This document shows, piece by piece, positions 38,359-44,917 of a stretch of 44,917 nucleotides of DNA. The notes under the pieces were generated by a model, which ran no database searches, was not told where the DNA came from, and was given only the letters and a program-made list of their open reading frames with translations. Source of the stretch: Octopus bimaculoides (Eukaryota). Position 1 is the stretch's first letter. Each line of letters opens with the position of its first letter. The DNA lies in the NCBI RefSeq assembly GCF_001194135.2, contig NC_068999.1, forward strand, positions 11,221,360 through 11,266,276, given 5' to 3'. The translations under genes were made by a program, and so were the position numbers.

Positions 38359-38571
38359 ATAATTTCAATTTTACTCGTGTTATGCTAACATTCAGTTGTT
38401 TATAGAATAGATATCCGCATGTTAAGCTATTTCCTTGCAAACTACAAAATTTTAAAACTCTTTAAACATTGTTGCAAGAGAGAAGAGTATCAACAATGCA
38501 ACATGTTGATTCGTTGACTAACAAAAGTAAGCAAAACATTCTGTTACTCATTATTGGCACTAAAAGGGAAT

Positions 38572-38725
38572 CGTAAAGTCGCTCGGTCATAAGAATCCAC
38601 GTTCATAATCAAACATGTTCCGACGCTGAACAGAACCTATCAAGCCTACATAGCTACATCATGTAAGCAATCATCAATGAAGTCCGAATGTTCTGATGAC
38701 TAAGCGTTTTCACGCTAGCTAAAAC
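38572..38725 (+). mobile_element. Possible Penelope-like element 3' fragment (GIY-YIG endonuclease tail plus hammerhead-core relic)
   Basis: Frame RKVARS*ESTFIIKHVPTLNR resembles the PLE end 'R..KE..FI....PTLNR'. It is followed by CTGATGA (38693-38699) and a CT(A)AGCG/CGCTAG hairpin. Confidence 0.4.
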
Positions 38726-39267
38726 GATAAAATTTACAAGACTAGAAACAGCAACAATCAAAGCTATTTAACTCCGCAAAAGTTTTCATTGCATACATAA
38801 CTATGACAAATATGTGTCAACGTAACATAAAAGAACATTGATCACAACCAGAGAATAATCAATAAATAACGTCATATATGATGCAATGTGTTGTTTAGGA
38901 AGGAAATGTAAAATGAAATATGGGTGAAACAATAACATAGTTAGAAAATCAAGTTGGTTTCGAATAGCACAAATCTGGTTACCTTTTCTGGCGAATTGGA
39001 ATTTGGGGTGTTTGAAATAATGATCGAGACACTACCAAGCAGTAAGTAGGGAAGCAAGCAGTAAATGACCAAGTAGCAAACAAGCACAAAACAGTATCGT
39101 AAATAACATCGTTGCTGTCACTATGAGCATCATAATTTTCGTATCCATTCTAACCAAGATGGACGTCGCTGATATTAACATACTCATCATGAACGTTATT
39201 GTTAACAAGAGCGCTTTAGATGCAGTAGAAGTTGGAACGAAGATAAATATCATATAAATATTCGTAC

Positions 39268-39315
<48 letters not shown>

Positions 39316-40351
39316 NNNNNNNNNNNNNNNNNNNNNNNNNNNNNNNNNNNNNNNNNNNNNNNNNNNNNNNNNNNNNNNNNNNNNNNNNNNNNNNNNNNNN
39401 NNNNNNNNNNNNNNNNNNNNNNNNNNNNNNNNNNNNNNNNNNNNNNNNNNNNNNNNNNNNNNNNNNNNNNNNNNNNNNNNNNNNNNNNNNNNNNNNNNNN
39501 NNNNNNNNNNNNNNNNNNNNNNNNNNNNNNNNNNNNNNNNNNNNNNNNNNNNNNNNNNNNNNNNNNNNNNNNNNNNNNNNNNNNNNNNNNNNNNNNNNNN
39601 NNNNNNNNNNNNNNNNNNNNNNNNNNNNNNNNNNNNNNNNNNNNNNNNNNNNNNNNNNNNNNNNNNNNNNNNNNNNNNNNNNNNNNNNNNNNNNNNNNNN
39701 NNNNNNNNNNNNNNNNNNNNNNNNNNNNNNNNNNNNNNNNNNNNNNNNNNNNNNNNNNNNNNNNNNNNNNNNNNNNNNNNNNNNNNNNNNNNNNNNNNNN
39801 NNNNNNNNNNNNNNNNNNNNNNNNNNNNNNNNNNNNNNNNNNNNNNNNNNNNNNNNNNNNNNNNNNNNNNNNNNNNNNNNNNNNNNNNNNNNNNNNNNNN
39901 NNNNNNNNNNNNNNNNNNNNNNNNNNNNNNNNNNNNNNNNNNNNNNNNNNNNNNNNNNNNNNNNNNNNNNNNNNNNNNNNNNNNNNNNNNNNNNNNNNNN
40001 NNNNNNNNNNNNNNNNNNNNNNNNNNNNNNNNNNNNNNNNNNNNNNNNNNNNNNNNNNNNNNNNNNNNNNNNATATATTTATATATATGTGTGTGTGTGT
40101 ATGTGCGTATGTATCTCTGCCTATATCTGTGGCTGGGTTAAGTATTTTGTTTTCAAACACTTACTTAAGAAATCTTAATATTGTCCAACATGACTTCACA
40201 TACTTTTTGTAATTTCCCCTTAAGTAATTGATCGAACTACTTGCTGTTGACTCTTTCCTCGTATCATTTGGTCTATTGTTGACGCAATTTTAATTTAGAA
40301 TTATTTCTTATGTGATTATACATACATACATATACACATACATACACACGT

Positions 40352-40457
<106 letters not shown>

Positions 40458-40851
40458 ATGCGTGTGTGCATGTATATATGAATGCATGTATTTTTGGCAG
40501 TAAATTTTATTGATTTCCTTTTATCGTCCAGTCAATGTAATCACTCCAAATCAATCAGCCAATCAGTTGGTCAGCGAGTCAACGAATCAATCAATTAATC
40601 GATATATGTAAGTATGTGTGCCGTAGAAGATATGTATAGTTACGTATGTAGGTATGTATGTATATACACACAAATCTATATATATTAGAGAGATATATAT
40701 ATAGGTATGGTCTGAGAGTATGAGAGAGCAAACCAGTTAGATTTAAAGATCAATCATTGTTAGTACGAATCTAAATATAGATCGTAAATATACTATATAT
40801 ATATATATATATATATACATATATATAACTGCACAGTTGTTCATTGGCAAA

Positions 40852-41585
40852 TGTTACCCTTAAGGGTACCACGACAAGATATTGCAGTATATCACTACAA
40901 ACTGCAATCACCCCTATAATTCTTCGATTCTTAATATTACTAATTGCATAGAAACTGCATTACCTGTTCAACATTCTTCTTTACCTCCTCTGTGTTCATC
41001 TTTGTAACGAAACAGTAATGCATCTTTCAGAGTGCAGACTTCATCAAAATTTAGACAGGTTCTTCTGAGTATATCTAGCCTACACTTTACTAATTTATTG
41101 GCATTTCTTCATACGTTGGTGACATTATGGGATAGTTAATAAACAAATATAATGTGGTGACTTGAATTCCGCCTGATACAACACTGCTAATTTAGAGAGC
41201 ATGAAATATAGAATTATTTAATATTGCAATACGCTCAGTTATCAATTGGTAAATGCTATTCTTAAAGGTACTACGACAAGATATTACAGTATATTACTAC
41301 AAATTGCAAGCACACTAATAATTCTTCAAATCCTAGCATTACTAATTGCATAGAAACTGTATTACCTGATCAACATTCTTTTTTAATTTGTGGGTGCTCA
41401 TCATTGTAATAAAGCAGTAAAGCATCTATCAGAGTAGAGACTTCATAAAATTTTAGACAGCCCCTTATGAGTTTGTCTGAAGCACCCATAATTATTTATT
41501 AGTACTTCGTCATACGCTGTTGACTTTACAAAATAGTTAAACAAATTTATCATGGTGAGCTAAATCCTGCGCGAAACAACACTCT
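40852..41585. repeat. Diverged tandem duplication, period about 402 bp
   Basis: 40864-41058 aligns without gaps to 41266-41460, with 34 mismatches in 195 nt by hand count. Similarity continues with small indels to about 41185/41583. Confidence 0.9.
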
Positions 41586-43217
41586 TCTGTATAATTTCTG
41601 CTTCCGTAACAAATATTTTCTGAATGACAAGATTTTCTACAGGTTTTGTTATATGAAATAAAGTTAAGATGCTGTATATATCTCACCAAAATAATTTCAA
41701 AACGTTCTATGTGATTGGTATATACATACCAATGATCAAAAGTTTGCCAGACTCCCTCAAGCTTCCATTATATCTGGAGGAAAATTTGTGTATAATATTC
41801 AAAATGAAGCAAACCACCGATCTGTTTTAGGATACACGTTCCTCCATATCTAGGTGTGCATTGGTATATTCAAATCTGTTGAACGACGTGTAATATTCTG
41901 TGTCATTATTGCAAATTGCTGACATCCAGTAGGGATTTATGTGTTTATGTGATTATATATTACAAGGGTATTGATTACCATTAAACCTTACTTATGCGTT
42001 CTCATATACAGCGGTCTTCATTTCATTTGTTTCACTGGGTGTTACTCAACATCAGAACAAAATCTGTTCCTCAGTAGCATACGCACATATTGAATTGTCG
42101 GCCTAGGACTCATCCTGTTGATAAAACAATTTTGTGAATCATGCGAATTTCTGGTTATGATCAGACACGATCATCAATATCAGAAGGATTACAAATTGAA
42201 TTCCTTAGCTTCATTCGTCGGATACCTGAGATAGAAAGTGTTTTCTTCAAGCTATATACACCACACGAGAAGAAATAAAATAACACAAAGCACATTACGA
42301 AAAAATAAGCATCTTTCGGACTTCACTCTGCTTGTTTATGGCACTACTGCCACTGCTGTTACTTCATTAGGTATTTACAGTCACTAGTTGTCCTTATAAT
42401 GCGACATTGCGGTGCTGTAATTTCAGCAAAGTTATTGGAGTAAATGAGCCATCCCTCTAAATGAAGTGAACGTGAGAGTGAAACACTCCAGGATTTATTA
42501 GTATAAGGATTTCTATCACATCTAGTTGTTTCTGTCAGTCCGATGTGGTTCCTGCATGATGGTCCACTTATAAAGGACCATACATTAAGCATTTACTATT
42601 TCATCGGGTGGGAGTTAAATAACTTGACTACCCAACAGTGTATGTCTCATGGTACGAACAAGCGACAGTTCGATTGAAATATCGCTAATTTGTCATCTCG
42701 GTCAATGTGCAGGTGTGGTTAAAATCATTCCTGTGCTCTCAAAGGGTTAGCTACACTGTTAATGACCCCCTACACACACACGCAGTTTAGTCAACTTATC
42801 CACACTGTTATTTCCCATATGTTAAAATTAGTCACTATTACTTTTAATAACAAAACAAATAAAACAACTTGATTAATATGCGAAACATTAAGGTAAATCT
42901 CGTGCGTTAATTTCTTCCGTGTTTCTTTCACGTCACCTCAAAGTGCCGCTTGCCACTCCTTTACTTAACATAACTTGATCTGCAAACTCAGCTGTATATA
43001 ATTTCATAAAAGATTTAAAATGAAAGAAGGAACGACAGAAAGGGTGAAAGTAAACGCTACAGCAGCAATTCGGACATGTGATCGTTGTTTGACTTACCGC
43101 CTAGCGGTATATGTCGTAAATCACAAACATAGAAACACACTTTTACAAACAGATGTTTGTGGAAGCGTATAAAATTCTGTGAGTGCGTGTCTGAATATAT
43201 ATGTGGGTTTGCCTTTG

Positions 43218-43273
<56 letters not shown>

Positions 43274-43971
43274 TGTGTGTGTGTTCATGAATACAAATAC
43301 CGATATATAAGCAAACAGACCAAAATATATATTTGATTGTAGGGCACGTCAGGCACACAATATGCAAATACATACGTTAGATTGTTTGTGTATGTTTAAG
43401 AAAAACTGAGGTGAAACCACATAAGGAAATATATGCGTGTGTCAGAGTGTATGAGTGTATGAAAGTTAGAGAGAGAGAGAGAGAGAGAAAGACACATTAA
43501 ACGCACAAACACACACACACACACTCACAAACGCACACACACATATATATAGAGAGAGAGGAATACATATGCGTATGTGTATTTATATATACAAGTACGT
43601 TTAATCAACCGCATATANNNNNNNNNNNNNNNNNNNNNNNNNNNNNNNNNNNNNNNNNNNNNNNNNNNNNNNNNNNNNNNNNNNNNNNNNNNNNNNNNNN
43701 NNNNNNNNNNNNNNNNNNNNNNNNNNNNNNNNNNNNNNNNNNNNNNNNNNNNNNNNNNNNNNNNNNNNNNNNNNNNNNNNNNNNNNNNNNNNNNNNNNNN
43801 NNNNNNNNNNNNNNNNNNNNNNNNNNNNNNNNNNNNNNNNNNNNNNNNNNNNNNNNNNNNNNNNNNNNNNNNNNNNNNNNNNNNNNNNNNNNNNNNNNNN
43901 NNNNNNNNNNNNNNNNNNNNNNNNNNNNNNNNNNNNNNNNNNNNNNNNNNNNNNNNNNNNNNNNNNNNNNN

Positions 43972-44005
<34 letters not shown>

Positions 44006-44569
44006 GAACATATATAAATAGATATATGTATGTACACACATATATATATACATACATATTTATATCTATATGTATACACACATACATATGCATATATCTA
44101 CATATGTATGTATCTATCTATATATTTATATATGTGTCTGTGTTTTGAGTGTGCGTGTGTATACACATACATACATGCATATGCATATGGATATGGACAC
44201 ATGTGTGCCGGCCCGTGTGCTTGTATATAATACTCACACACACACACAGACACACACACATGCAGACACACACACATACACACATTTATACTTATATATG
44301 CATAGCACACATATAAACAACACGTCATATCAACTTTGCAACCGTTTCAGTAAGAAGGCCGCCTAGTAACATTGTTATGGATGTTCATATTTATCAGCTT
44401 GTGTGTTTGATGTTGTGACATAGGTTTCAAACATTACCAATTATTGCTTCCTCCCAACGCTTTAATGCAAACACCGATCTCTGCTTTATATATTTGCTCT
44501 CCAACACTTCTTTTCGAGTATTTTAAAACATTAGCTAAAGCTCCGTATGTGTCTGCAGGCGTACCTATT

Positions 44570-44917
44570 TCTATATGTATGTATGTATGTACGTACGCAT
44601 GAATGTATGTATGTATGTATGTATCTATGTATGTAAGCACGTATGTATGTATCTTTGTATGTATTTATCTATGTATGTATGTAGTTATGTATGTGTGTAT
44701 ATGTGTATGCATGTATGTATGTATGTATGTATATATGTATGTATTTATGTATGCATGTATATATGTTTGTATGTATTTATGTATGTATGTATATATGTAT
44801 GTATGAATGTAATTATGCTGTATGGATGTATATATGTATGCATGTATATACATATATGTATATATTATATGTTATACACCTATATACATGTGTAAGTGTA
44901 TATATATATATATATAT
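44570..44917. repeat. (TATG)n/(TA)n degenerate microsatellite
   Basis: Direct reading. Confidence 0.9.

Noticed and set aside
44434-44560. Minus-strand peptide ALANVLKYSKRSVGEQIYKAEIGVCIKALGG
   Set aside because: Looks protein-like, but I recognise no family and the splice signals are weak.

Overview
Draft-assembly eukaryotic DNA: AT-rich, dense in TA/CA/GA/AAT/GAT microsatellites, with 13 N-gaps totalling about 6.3 kb. The tRNA-derived SINE families resemble those I recall from Octopus, so the source is inferred to be an octopod cephalopod, in intronic or intergenic sequence. No intact protein-coding gene is supported; nearly all listed ORFs are microsatellite or gap artefacts. Recognisable content: a frameshifted maT/DD37D-like transposase fossil (22153-23145), an internally deleted mariner (4008-4575, minus), an R4/Dong-like LINE 3' fragment (1471-1633), at least a dozen SINE copies or fragments, and Penelope-like relics. 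The most interesting signals are: two homologous hammerhead-ribozyme-like motifs with a compensatory stem II change (7920-7976 and 24694-24747, minus); an inverted SINE pair that could form dsRNA (23237-23679); a 20-bp telomere-like G-rich array (35358-35442); an old ~402-bp tandem duplication (40852-41585); and several unproven microexon candidates. I found no convincing novel multi-gene system.
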